Positions 38,501 to 47,404 of a DNA stretch of 64,000 nt are shown in pieces. The notes under the pieces were generated by a model, which made no database searches, was not told where the DNA came from, and saw nothing but the letters and a program-made list of their open reading frames with translations. A program made the position numbers and the translations under genes. Numbering within the stretch: the stretch's first letter is position 1; the number at the start of each line of letters is the position of its first letter. The stretch lies in assembly GCA_903906515.1 (NCBI GenBank), contig CAIVKO010000233.1:102-64101 (forward strand). The letters run 5' to 3'. This DNA comes from Akkermansiaceae bacterium (GTDB taxonomy: Bacteria; Verrucomicrobiota; Verrucomicrobiia; Verrucomicrobiales; Akkermansiaceae).

Positions 38501-38922
38501 TCATAAGGTATATAAATGTCATTAGTGCCGATCATCAGCAGGATCTTGTCCGGGGCGGCCCCGCTGGGTCCGATCCACGTCACCAGATTCTCGTCTATGC
38601 CGGACCGCCCGCCACCCGCTACGATGGTGTAGCCGCCGTGGCCCTCGTGATGCGTTTGGCCTGCGGCAGTGAGAGTCGGAGTCGTGTTGTCGGTCTGCGA
38701 GCCCACGAAGGTGAAAGTATCTAACCAGTTAGTCAGGAGGGTATTCAGCGGGGCGCGGTAGCCGCCGAGTACGTCGTTGCCTCTGGTGATCGAGTCGCCC
38801 AAGGGCATGATATTGCCTAAAGCGGTTGGCGTCTCGGTGCCAGCGCACACTACATCGCTTACGCCGGAAAAGGCCGTCAGGCAAAACGCAAGTGCAAATT
38901 CATTTAAAAAGCGGCGGATCAT
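35512..38922 (-). CDS. Secreted multidomain SGNH esterase (CE3-like) with Ig-like domains, duplicated beta-strand module, two divergent InlB-B-like repeats and a verrucomicrobial-type C-terminal domain
   Basis: Signal peptide. IMPLGDSITRG, HEGHGG, LMIGTND and LHPNAVGY. Big_3-like TTTTLNSSVNPS. Repeats GTITPPG...TPDPGYHV. Terminus KRFARLVATK. Confidence 0.85.
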   Translation of the reverse strand: MIRRFLNEFALAFCLTAFSGVSDVVCAGTETPTALGNIMPLGDSITRGNDVLGGYRAPLNTLLTNWLDTFTFVGSQTDNTTPTLTAAGQTHHEGHGGYTIVAGGGRSGIDENLVTWIGPSGAAPDKILLMIGTNDIYIPYDVANAPARLSVLIDHIYGYRPSVKLYVASIPPIVGHQTDVQAYNATIPGIVASHQALGRNVVYVPMYEAMNIATDLDVGGLHPNAVGYQKIAQVWNEALNTNTTGIVTTTTLNSSVNPSVYHQDVVFTATVKTNDVIATGASGKVVFSVDGVAKAFVDVSGGVAAYTDSTLATGIHTIRAVYVGDGTYAASSVNSTQTNNPGPASKLAFGVQPSNTRPDSVISPAVTVLVQDADGNTVTGDNITDVTVSGTISSDSTLTVRAVNGVATFSNLKPTTVGNGLTLAASTSLLTGATSSPFNVGVIVISGNFIPPGSTTTTVGKWDSHIIGENQLFWIGKYNTAGAILNQTGGSITITGQYGNFGIGENPNGWGVYNMSGDASFNATSLNGASSVYTFSIQGYNGSKMTMTDNAVANIGSLTFGSYGGWGHVELSGNASLTAGKIGYAGNYTFGSGYITFASGSTATLTITGKGLADYQAYVAAGNIRIDGASATISQFLLSGSTLSLAPVVANPTILATQSTNGTITPPGANPVTFGSTTTYSVTPDPGYHVATLTVDDVPVTPPATSYAFVNVTTNHTITATFAPGTTVTITATQSPNGSITPSGVTTLNYYDNQIYSITPALGYHVNTLTVDGVNVVPATNYTFSNVGSNHTITATYTDIITGNLVPSGNTTTTITGKYVIPQNNSFMVGKYNTAGAILNQTGGSITITGQYGNFGIGENPNGWGVYNMSGDASFNATSLNGASSVYTFSIQGYNGSKMTMTDNAVANIGSLTFGSYGGWGHVELSGNASLTAGKIGYAGNYTFGSGYITFASGSTATLTITGKGAADYQAYVAAGNIRIDGATATFSQFQVSGDGKTLSLAAGGGSFTSWAGGHAFDSLNSEGVAYGMAWILGSPTHSSLDTPGLLPASQASGSELVLHFKRVDAMTPAQLHLELSDDLSAGSWTTSIPVPATSGQDGGVNFVVTGPDSNGLNDVVAHIPFGGKTKRFARLVATK
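35975..36437. repeat. Intragenic direct repeat, copy B (463 bp)
   Basis: Matches 37037-37499 at an offset of 1062 bp, with about 13 mismatches counted by eye. Confidence 0.92.
37037..37499. repeat. Intragenic direct repeat, copy A (463 bp)
   Basis: Matches 35975-36437. The protein copies differ at only one residue (GLAD versus GAAD). Confidence 0.92.
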
Positions 38923-38996
38923 AGTTGTTTTTATGAATTATACTGTTCCGGTCATGCCGTGGATGAACAAGGCTAGCACCTTCTGAGTATTGGGGA

Positions 38997-39040
38997 AATT
39001 TACCTGATTACACGAGTCTGTCCATACCCACAAACGGGGG
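38997..39040 (-). promoter_or_regulatory. Conserved box plus putative -35/-10 promoter, copy 3 (drives the minus-strand SGNH surface protein)
   Basis: Reverse complement reads CCCCCGTTTGTGGG-TA-TGGACA-N16-TAAATT. Confidence 0.72.
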
Positions 39041-39129
39041 ACCGCTTGAAGGGGTGTAGGACGAAAAAGTTTAGCATGCTGTCCAGTCTGCTATTCTGCT
39101 TTAGCTCCACCTCCGTTCTCTCAAGATCT

Positions 39130-39173
39130 CCCCCCTTTGTGGGGGTAGGCAGACTCAGAAATCCGGATACATT
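39130..39173 (+). promoter_or_regulatory. Conserved box plus putative -35/-10 promoter, copy 4 (upstream of the second large operon)
   Basis: CCCCCCTTTGTGGG-GG-TAGGCA-N16-TACATT. Confidence 0.72.
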
Positions 39174-39205
39174 GTGTTTTGTTAACCGCTCGACAACCTA
39201 GTTTC

Positions 39206-41434
39206 ATGATAATTTCCAATGCCATTCATTCAGTAGGGGGTGAGCTGAAACGCTCTACCCTCGCTGTTCTGGGCATCATGACTGTGTTTCCGGGACCTGC
39301 CTGCGCGCAAGCGCCAACAACTACACAGGTAATGAATTACAGCGCGGTTTACACCAAACCACCGGAAGGCATTCCCACCGGCACTATGCCGGATGGGCCT
39401 TTGCTGGGCAATGGCGATGTTGGCATTGTGATGTCTGGACCTCCGGAGGAGCAGAGGTTTTATGTCGGGAAAAACGATTTCTGGCGTCGCAATGACGCGG
39501 CTGTGATGAACGTCGGCATGCTGACTGTGATGATCCCGGAGTTGAAGGGCGCAAGCTATCGACAGGAACAGGACATGGGATTGTCGGAAGTTCGTGGTGC
39601 TTTCATCAACGGAGATGTAGCCGTCTTGACGAGGTCGTTTGTCGATGCCAATTCGAATCTGCTCGTGACGGAATTGAAGTGCGCCGGCAGCAAGCCGGTT
39701 ACGGCGTCTGTCATTAAGAGTGGTACTAGGTCCGACCTGTCGGACAAGATCCTCGATAACAAGGCAATTGAAAATGATGCTGCCATACTCTCCTTTACAC
39801 GTAAGGCCGATAATCTCGCCGGCACTAGCAGGGGAGTCGCCATAGTGACCCGCATGATTGGCGGTGTGCCGAATCTCAATGAGGCAGGGAAACTGAGTGT
39901 GACCTTGGAACCCTGGGAGACAGTCACGGTTGTGTCTTCGATTCAGAGCGATCTCGATAATCCGGCATTTCTTGAGACGGCGACTAAGGCCGCTAGGGAG
40001 CTTAATGCTAAAGACATTCCCGCGTTGATGGCCAAACACAGAGCGTGGTGGAAAAGTTTTTGGTCGCGCTCATTTATCGAGATTCCCGATAAGGAGATAG
40101 AGAAACGCTGGTATGCAGCTTTATATGTCTTGGGTTCTTGCAGTAGGCCGGGCAAGGTTGCACCCGGTCTGTGGGGCAACTGGGTCACTACCGACGCTCC
40201 GAGTTGGCATGGTGATTTCCATTTAAATTATAACTTTCAGGCGCCGTATTATATGGCCTATTCAGGCAATCACACGGATTTGACAGCACCGTTTTACCAG
40301 GCGATTTCAGAAGCGATGCCTCTTGGCCGTGAGATGGCCAGGAGGCGGGGGTGGAAAGGGGTTCATTTCCCTGTATGTGTCGGGCCGTGGGGTCTTCTGC
40401 CCGAGGGGCCGGATTTGGATTTAGGCCAGCGATCAAACGCCTCGTATGTTGCCATAAATTACATCTGGCAGTATCAATACACTCAGGACAAGGAGTTTCT
40501 TCAGACAACGGCTTATCCTTATCTATTGGAAGTGGCGGATTTCTGGGAAGGATATCTCAAGCTGGAAGAGGGGCGGTATGTGATTCATCGTGATGCAATC
40601 CATGAAGGATCCGGAGATAACACAAATCCGATTCTCTCGCTGGGTGTTGTAAGAAAACTTTTCAAGAATTTGATCCTCATGAGCAAGGACCTGAGCGTGG
40701 ATGAGTCCCGGCGCGTGAAGTGGCAGGACATTCTGGACAAGCTCAGTGCGTATCCCTTGCAGGAGCGCAACGGCAAGACCGTGTTCCGCTACACGGAAAA
40801 GGGCCTGGATTGGTGGAACGACAACACATTGGGAGTTCAGCATATATTTCCGTGTGATGCCATCGGGCTTGATAGTGACCCGAAATTGCTGGCGATCTGC
40901 CATAATACCATCAATGAGATGGCCCGCTGGGCGGATTACAACGGCTTCTCGTCGTGGTACACTGCCTGTGTTCGTATTGGCTACGATCCGAAAATCATCC
41001 TGACTAAACTGCGCGAGGAGTGCGACAAGCATTCTTATCGAAACCTATTGCTTTATTACGGCGGCGGTGGAATTGAGAGTTGCGGCGGATTTCTGGCGAT
41101 CAACGAGATGTTGTTGCAGAGCCACGAGGGCGTGATCCGGTTCTTTCCCTGCTGGCCGAAGGATAAGGATGCCCGCTTCGGGACATTGCGCACTGTGGGT
41201 GCTTTTCTCGTGTCGGCTGAATTGAAAAGCGGCGTGGTATCTGGCGTGAAGATCGTCAGCGAGAAGGGCAAACCCTGCACAGTGCAGAATCCGTGGCTGG
41301 GCAAGAAAGTCCGAGTTAAGCGCAACGGAAAGACGAATGAAATACTAACTGGAGAACGCCTGTCCTTGAGGACAACTGTAGGGGAAACCATTGTTCTCGC
41401 TCCAGAGGAACGGCAAACCTGGCGGAAAACCTGA
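39206..41434 (+). CDS. GH95-like/GH65-related (alpha/alpha)6 glycoside hydrolase, paralog 1
   Basis: PDGPLLGNGDVG, FYVGKNDFW, SYRQEQD, PGLWGNW, WHGDFHLNYNFQAPY, GGGIESCG and NEMLLQSHEGVIRFFPCWP. Confidence 0.75.
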   Translation: MIISNAIHSVGGELKRSTLAVLGIMTVFPGPACAQAPTTTQVMNYSAVYTKPPEGIPTGTMPDGPLLGNGDVGIVMSGPPEEQRFYVGKNDFWRRNDAAVMNVGMLTVMIPELKGASYRQEQDMGLSEVRGAFINGDVAVLTRSFVDANSNLLVTELKCAGSKPVTASVIKSGTRSDLSDKILDNKAIENDAAILSFTRKADNLAGTSRGVAIVTRMIGGVPNLNEAGKLSVTLEPWETVTVVSSIQSDLDNPAFLETATKAARELNAKDIPALMAKHRAWWKSFWSRSFIEIPDKEIEKRWYAALYVLGSCSRPGKVAPGLWGNWVTTDAPSWHGDFHLNYNFQAPYYMAYSGNHTDLTAPFYQAISEAMPLGREMARRRGWKGVHFPVCVGPWGLLPEGPDLDLGQRSNASYVAINYIWQYQYTQDKEFLQTTAYPYLLEVADFWEGYLKLEEGRYVIHRDAIHEGSGDNTNPILSLGVVRKLFKNLILMSKDLSVDESRRVKWQDILDKLSAYPLQERNGKTVFRYTEKGLDWWNDNTLGVQHIFPCDAIGLDSDPKLLAICHNTINEMARWADYNGFSSWYTACVRIGYDPKIILTKLREECDKHSYRNLLLYYGGGGIESCGGFLAINEMLLQSHEGVIRFFPCWPKDKDARFGTLRTVGAFLVSAELKSGVVSGVKIVSEKGKPCTVQNPWLGKKVRVKRNGKTNEILTGERLSLRTTVGETIVLAPEERQTWRKT

Positions 41435-41521
41435 AATTATGAGAACCCTATCCCTGCTTACACTGATGGCCGCATACCGCGCGCCTGGATTCGGCGGATC
41501 TCGCGACCACAACCAATCGGA

Positions 41522-42778
41522 ATGATGAAATCCAGCAACACCTCAATCAAAGTTGTATCAATCATTGGAATACTGATTGGTGGGGCTTTGTGCACACTTG
41601 CATACTCTGATCGTGTTGATGTCAGGAGCAGTCCTAAGGACAAGTGGCAGGCCTTCGAGACGCGCACGCTCGACACAATGCCGGATTTCAAGCCGGGTGT
41701 GCCGGTAAAGCTCAGCAAGTATGGCGGAAGGCTGGACAAAAAGGAAAAGGCGACTGGATTCTTTCACGTTGTCAATCGAGATGGGCGCTGGTGGATGGTT
41801 GATCCAGATGGTTGCCTGTTTATCTCGGCGGGTCTTAACACCGTTTCCGCCCCCGATAGCGATATTCAAAAGACAGCTGCTTTGCTGCATGAAAATGGCT
41901 TCAATACGCTCGGTTGTTGGTCAAGCGGTGAATTGTTCCGCAAAGCTCCTGCGCCGTTCCCTTACTGCCTGAGGTGGAATTTCATGCTCACTTACAGTAA
42001 CCAGCGCAAGCAAATATACCCTGGTACTGGAATGGGTAAAGTAATCTATCCATTTGACCCGGAGTTTGAAACCTTCTGTGAGGCGCGGTCCAAGGAGTTG
42101 GATGTGACCATGAACGATCCGTGGCTGATGGGGCACTTCATCGACAACGAGTTGCCGCTTGACGAAGATAACATCGTCAACAATTACCTAAAGTTCCCTA
42201 TCAGTGATCCGTGTCACCAAGCTGCCGCGAAATTCATGAAGTCGCGCAAGGGTGGTAAGCCGCAGTTGGGAGATAATCGGGAGTTTCTCAAGCTGGTTGT
42301 CAGTGTGTATTACAAGAAGGTTTATGCGGCAATGAAGCGGCACGATCCGAACCACATGTTGTTGGGCTCGCGTTTTTACGGAAAGAATCTACATACCCCG
42401 TCGATCTTCAAGGCCGCAGGCCCATACACGGATATCGTCTCCGTCAACTATTACCATAGCTGGGGCCCAACGAAGGATCACCCGCTCGACGAGTGGGCGC
42501 AGTTGGCTGGCAAGCCCGTTCTGATCACCGAGTGGTATGCCCGCACCGGCGGTACCGGTGGTGCAGGTTGGTATGTCAAAACTGAGGCGGACCGCGGCAA
42601 GTTCTATCAGCACATGGCGCTCGGGTTGCTTGAAAACCGCAACTGTGTCGGGTGGCACTGGTTCAAATACCCGACTATGTTCATCGGAGACAACCAGCCT
42701 TCAACCGAGTTGTTCTCAGCGTGTAAGGCCATCAACACGCAGTTATACCCGCTGACCGATTTTTTCGGAAAGAGATAG
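41522..42778 (+). CDS. GH50-like (agarase-related, clan GH-A) glycoside hydrolase
   Basis: WWMVDPDGCLF, DPWLMGHFIDNELP, DPNHMLLGSRF, DIVSVNYY, KPVLITEWY and VGWHWFKY. Confidence 0.65.
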   Translation: MMKSSNTSIKVVSIIGILIGGALCTLAYSDRVDVRSSPKDKWQAFETRTLDTMPDFKPGVPVKLSKYGGRLDKKEKATGFFHVVNRDGRWWMVDPDGCLFISAGLNTVSAPDSDIQKTAALLHENGFNTLGCWSSGELFRKAPAPFPYCLRWNFMLTYSNQRKQIYPGTGMGKVIYPFDPEFETFCEARSKELDVTMNDPWLMGHFIDNELPLDEDNIVNNYLKFPISDPCHQAAAKFMKSRKGGKPQLGDNREFLKLVVSVYYKKVYAAMKRHDPNHMLLGSRFYGKNLHTPSIFKAAGPYTDIVSVNYYHSWGPTKDHPLDEWAQLAGKPVLITEWYARTGGTGGAGWYVKTEADRGKFYQHMALGLLENRNCVGWHWFKYPTMFIGDNQPSTELFSACKAINTQLYPLTDFFGKR

Positions 42779-42849
42779 AGAATTTTTTGATATATTGAAA
42801 CCAATGAGGAGAAAGATAAATATTGAAAATAAACAATAATGTTAGTAAA

Positions 42850-44859
42850 ATGAACAAGTGGTTTAATCGATTGAGTTTGTCAGTGTTTGCGGCAAGTCTG
42901 CCTGGCATATTAACGACGTTGACGTTTGCTGCTGAGACAAACATTCAGGATCTTGCTGGTAAAGATGCGCCTACAGGTGCGGTGTGGTTGGATACGCAGG
43001 ACTTGAGTGCCGTCGGGTCTGGGTGGGGTGTTGTTGGCGCAGGTAAGGCAGTCGGTGGTGGTAGTCCGCTTTCAATCAACGGTCGGAAGTTTGTGCATGG
43101 TATCGGGACACATGCGGAAAGCGTAGCGGGTGTGGATCTCAAGAAAACAGCAAGCCGTTTTCTCGCTGCCGTTGGTTTAGATGATGAAACCTCCAATGGA
43201 GGCTCCGTGATTTTTCAAGTCTGGATCGATAATGTCAAAAAGGCCGATTCCGGATTAATGAGGGGCGGCGACGCACCCAAACTTCTTGACGTCGATCTCA
43301 CTGGTGCTGACAGGATGGTTCTTGTGGTTACGGACGGTGGCGATGGCAATGCATCAGATCACGCAGATTGGGCCGGGGCGGCCGTGTTTGCCACGGGAAA
43401 TCCCGTCAAGATGGTGGCATCCGATTTCAAGGTGCAGGATATGGTGCCGAATGTTATGCCCGTGATCGCGTCATGCGATCCGGCAAAGACATCCATCAAC
43501 GGGCCGCGCATCGTCGGCACAACACCGGGCAATCCATTCATTTTCCTCGTCCCGGCTACGGGCGCTGAATTAAAGGATTTTTCCGCTAAAAACCTACCGG
43601 CCGGACTGAAGATCGATTCCCAAACAGGAATTATTACTGGTTCCGTAGAGAAAACCGGCACTTATCCCGTAACTCTATCCGTAAATGGAAAAGGCGGATC
43701 CGTCTCCCGCAAGCTGGTTATCGAGGCCGGTAACCACAAACTGGCAAGGACGCCGCCGATGGGCTGGAATTCATGGAACTGCTGGGCTGGAGCGATCGAC
43801 GACGCAAAGGTGCGCGCTGCTGCGGATGCGATGGTCAAGAGCGGGTTGGCGGCGCATGGTTACCAATACATCAATATCGACGACTGCTGGGAGAAGGAAC
43901 GTGACCCTAACGGTGATATCTTACCTAACGAAAAGTTTCCTGACATGAAGGCTCTTGCCGACTATGTCCACAGCAAGGGGCTGAGGCTTGGCATTTATTC
44001 GTCGCCGGGCCCGTGGACGTGTGCGGGTTTCGCTGGTAGTCTCAATCATGAGGAGCAGGATGCGAAGACTTATGCGAAGTGGGGCATGGATTATCTCAAG
44101 TATGATTGGTGTTCCTATGTTGCTGAGAAGGATTCAGGTCTTGAAGGATTGAAGAAACCTTACAAGGTAATGGATAAGGCTCTCGACAACTGCGGTCGCG
44201 ACATCGTTTACAGTCTCTGCCAATACGGCATGGGCAATGTCTGGGAGTGGGGAGAGGAGGCAGGCGGCAACTGCTGGCGTACTACTGGCGACATCACAGA
44301 TACTTGGGGTAGCTTGTCAGCAATCGGATTCAACCAGAACGGTCATGAAAAATTCGCCGGCCCCGGCCATTGGAATGATCCGGACATGCTGATTGTTGGT
44401 AGAGTGGGCTGGGGTCCGAACCTGCATCCGACCAAGCTCAAATATGCGGAGCAGATCACGCACATCACTCTGTGGAGTCTACAGTCTTCGCCTTTGCTTA
44501 TCGGGTGCGATATGTCCAATATTGATAAATTTACCATTGATCTTCTCACCAACGACGAGGTGCTGGACGTGAACCAGGATCCTCTCGGTAAGCCGGCAGG
44601 TCGGGTCGCCGACAGCAACGGCATTCAGGTGTGGAGTCGACCGCTGCTGGATGGCACATACGCCGTCGGCATTTTCAATACCGGCATGGACACTGTCGAT
44701 GGAACTGTGAAGTGGTCCGAGATTGGTATCCAGGGCAAACAACCGGTGCGTGATCTATGGGTGAAGAAAGATCTCGGTGACTGTGATGGACAATATACGG
44801 TCAGTTTGCCCGCGCATGGAGCGGCGATGTTCAGAATCGGTCGGCCAAATAAGGACTAA
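42850..44859 (+). CDS. NPCBM + putative Ig domain + GH27 alpha-galactosidase
   Basis: PPMGWNSWN, YINIDDCW, YLKYDWC, WRTTGDITD and WNDPDML. Ig-like LPAGLKIDSQTGIITG. Confidence 0.93.
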   Translation: MNKWFNRLSLSVFAASLPGILTTLTFAAETNIQDLAGKDAPTGAVWLDTQDLSAVGSGWGVVGAGKAVGGGSPLSINGRKFVHGIGTHAESVAGVDLKKTASRFLAAVGLDDETSNGGSVIFQVWIDNVKKADSGLMRGGDAPKLLDVDLTGADRMVLVVTDGGDGNASDHADWAGAAVFATGNPVKMVASDFKVQDMVPNVMPVIASCDPAKTSINGPRIVGTTPGNPFIFLVPATGAELKDFSAKNLPAGLKIDSQTGIITGSVEKTGTYPVTLSVNGKGGSVSRKLVIEAGNHKLARTPPMGWNSWNCWAGAIDDAKVRAAADAMVKSGLAAHGYQYINIDDCWEKERDPNGDILPNEKFPDMKALADYVHSKGLRLGIYSSPGPWTCAGFAGSLNHEEQDAKTYAKWGMDYLKYDWCSYVAEKDSGLEGLKKPYKVMDKALDNCGRDIVYSLCQYGMGNVWEWGEEAGGNCWRTTGDITDTWGSLSAIGFNQNGHEKFAGPGHWNDPDMLIVGRVGWGPNLHPTKLKYAEQITHITLWSLQSSPLLIGCDMSNIDKFTIDLLTNDEVLDVNQDPLGKPAGRVADSNGIQVWSRPLLDGTYAVGIFNTGMDTVDGTVKWSEIGIQGKQPVRDLWVKKDLGDCDGQYTVSLPAHGAAMFRIGRPNKD

Positions 44860-44892
44860 CAAATTTGTGAAAAACCAAAGAAAGTCGACAAG

Positions 44893-47388
44893 ATGAAAGA
44901 AACCATTCGCGGATTATCTTTGACAGTTATCACAGTCATTGTTCTTTTCGTAGGTATGACAATGGCCGGTGCCGCTGAGACGCCCTTCAGGCGCATGCTC
45001 AATCTTGACGGCCAGTGGCAGATCGCCGAGGGCGGGATGGATAAGGCTCCCGAAAAGTTCGATCGTTCGGTTCCGGTTCCAGGACTTGTCGATCTGGCAA
45101 CTCCCGCGTTTCATGACGTCGGCATTAAAACCGGGCAACGCAGTGCGTTCTGGTATAGGCGGACATTCAAACTCGATACGATACCGTCTGTCGCACGATT
45201 GAAGGTGCACAAGGCGATGTTCGGCACTCAGGTGATTCTCAACGGGCAAGTTCTTGGTGAGCACGGGCCATCTTTCACGCCCGGATTTTTTGACGTCAAG
45301 GCCGCCCTGAAATCCGGTGAGAATGAATTGCTGATTCGCGTCGGTGCAGACCGCGACGCGGTGGGACCTTCGGTGCCATCAGGGTATGACGTAGAGAAAA
45401 CCCTCTACGTTCCTGGCATTTTTGATTCGGTCGAGTTGATTTGTTCCGGCACGCCCCACATCTTGAATGCACAGGCAGTCCCGGATATAGAGAATAAGTC
45501 GGTGCGTGTGCAAGTTAACCTGCGAAACGACGGCGAGGCGGTCAAAGGCGTCTTGAAGGTGCTTGTCCGGGAGGCCAAGTCAGGCAAGGTCGCTGGGCGC
45601 TTGACAAGTGAGGCAACAGATCTAGCGAAAGGCACCGAGGCAACGGTTGATGTTCGCATTCCTTTGGTCAACTGCCGTCTGTGGTCGCCGGAGGATCCGT
45701 TTCTTTACACGCTTGAGGTGAGTACGGTCGCTGATAATTTCACGACGCGATTCGGCATGCGATCTTTCCGATTCGATCCTCAGACCCGCCGCGCGTTGTT
45801 AAACGGGAAACCGTATTTCATGCGTGGAAGCAACCTCACACTCTACCGGTTTTTCGAGGACTCCTCCCGCAAGGCGCTGCCTTGGAACAAAGATTGGGTG
45901 CGTGCATTGCACCAGCGCGCCAAAGACATGCATTGGAACTGCCTGCGCTACAGCATCGGTTTTCCCCCCGAGTTCTGGTATGACATCGCAGACGAAGAAG
46001 GAATTCTGATTCAGGACGAATACCCATTGTGGTATTTCGAGACGCCGAAGGAATTGAAGCAAGAGCAGTTCGCGCTTGAGTATGCCGAGTGGGTGCGGGA
46101 GCGCTGGAATCATGCCTGTGTGGTGATCTGGGACGCCAGCAACGAGACCAATTCGTCCCAGACCTCGCCAGCTATCAGTAAAGTTCGTGGAATTGATTTA
46201 TCAAACCGACCGTGGGATAACAGCTATATGCCGCCTCTTGAGCCTGGTGATGCTTATGAGGTGCATCCATACCACTTCAATAATGATAAATTCAAACTTT
46301 CAGATTTGAGCAAAGCTGAACGGGTGCCACGGGCCTTTAATGTCAATGACGGTCAGCATGCCGCAATCATCAACGAATACGGCTATCTGTGGCTAAATCG
46401 CGATGGAACCCCTACAACGCTCACCGGGCAACTCTACAAGAACTTGCTAGGAAATGAATCCACTACCGAGCAACGCCGACACCTCTATGCGCGTTACATG
46501 GCTGCAGAGACGGAATTCTGGCGCTGCTATCGACAAGCGGCGGCTGTCATGCACTTTTCGTCGTTGAGCTATGCGCGTCCGAACGGTCAGACCAGCGACC
46601 ACTGGCTAGACGTGGAGAAGCTGACGTGGGAGCCGGAGTTTTACAAATATGTACGCGACGCATTCTCGCCGGTTGGTCTCATGATAGAATCGTGGGATGC
46701 TGAATATCCAGCAGGGAAGGTTACTAACATTCCAGTGATTGTCATCAACGATCTCAACGAGAAATGGTCGGGAGTAGTGCGCTTTCGCCTGCTGCGCGAT
46801 GGCAAGCCGCTGCAAGAGAAGAGTGAGACGGCCGAAATCGTAGCTTATGGCGACGTGAAGTTGACGTTTAACGTCACCATTCCCGCGCAAAGCGGGGTAT
46901 ATCAACTTGAGGCTGCGCTGATCAAGGGCAAGGCTGCTCCGGTTGTCAGCCTGCGTGACTTCGTGGTCATTACGGAAAATGAAAAGGCAGCTCGGCTCGG
47001 GTTGGCGGCGGGGAAGCCAGTTAAGGCGTCGTCGAGTCGCGAGACCGACGGTGCGTCTGTCCCCGGGTCCATCGTGGATGGGCGCGCCGATACGCGTTGG
47101 TCGTCGGACCACTCCGATGACCAGTGGATTGCAGTTGATTTGGGCAAGAAACAAATGGTTTCGCGTGTCGAGCTCGACTGGGAGAATGCGTTTGGCAGGG
47201 AGTTGGCAATAGAAGTGTCGGAGGATGGTCAGGCATGGAAGGAAGCCAAGCGCGTAAATGACAGTAGAGGCGGCCGTCAGGTGATCACGTTCGATCCGGT
47301 CGAAGGTCGCTGGATTCGGATTCACGGTATCAAGCGCGGGACCGAGTGGGGTTACTCCATTTGGGAAATGCGGGTTTTTGCAAAGTAA
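44893..47388 (+). CDS. GH2 glycoside hydrolase with C-terminal CBM32 (F5/8 type C)
   Basis: LNLDGQWQ, LWSPEDPFLY, FGMRSFRF, LNGKPYFMRG, IWDASNE and INEYG. CBM32 motif VDGRADTRWSSD...WGYSIWEMRV. Confidence 0.87.
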   Translation: MKETIRGLSLTVITVIVLFVGMTMAGAAETPFRRMLNLDGQWQIAEGGMDKAPEKFDRSVPVPGLVDLATPAFHDVGIKTGQRSAFWYRRTFKLDTIPSVARLKVHKAMFGTQVILNGQVLGEHGPSFTPGFFDVKAALKSGENELLIRVGADRDAVGPSVPSGYDVEKTLYVPGIFDSVELICSGTPHILNAQAVPDIENKSVRVQVNLRNDGEAVKGVLKVLVREAKSGKVAGRLTSEATDLAKGTEATVDVRIPLVNCRLWSPEDPFLYTLEVSTVADNFTTRFGMRSFRFDPQTRRALLNGKPYFMRGSNLTLYRFFEDSSRKALPWNKDWVRALHQRAKDMHWNCLRYSIGFPPEFWYDIADEEGILIQDEYPLWYFETPKELKQEQFALEYAEWVRERWNHACVVIWDASNETNSSQTSPAISKVRGIDLSNRPWDNSYMPPLEPGDAYEVHPYHFNNDKFKLSDLSKAERVPRAFNVNDGQHAAIINEYGYLWLNRDGTPTTLTGQLYKNLLGNESTTEQRRHLYARYMAAETEFWRCYRQAAAVMHFSSLSYARPNGQTSDHWLDVEKLTWEPEFYKYVRDAFSPVGLMIESWDAEYPAGKVTNIPVIVINDLNEKWSGVVRFRLLRDGKPLQEKSETAEIVAYGDVKLTFNVTIPAQSGVYQLEAALIKGKAAPVVSLRDFVVITENEKAARLGLAAGKPVKASSSRETDGASVPGSIVDGRADTRWSSDHSDDQWIAVDLGKKQMVSRVELDWENAFGRELAIEVSEDGQAWKEAKRVNDSRGGRQVITFDPVEGRWIRIHGIKRGTEWGYSIWEMRVFAK

Positions 47389-47404
47389 AGAAGGATGCTA
47401 TAAA

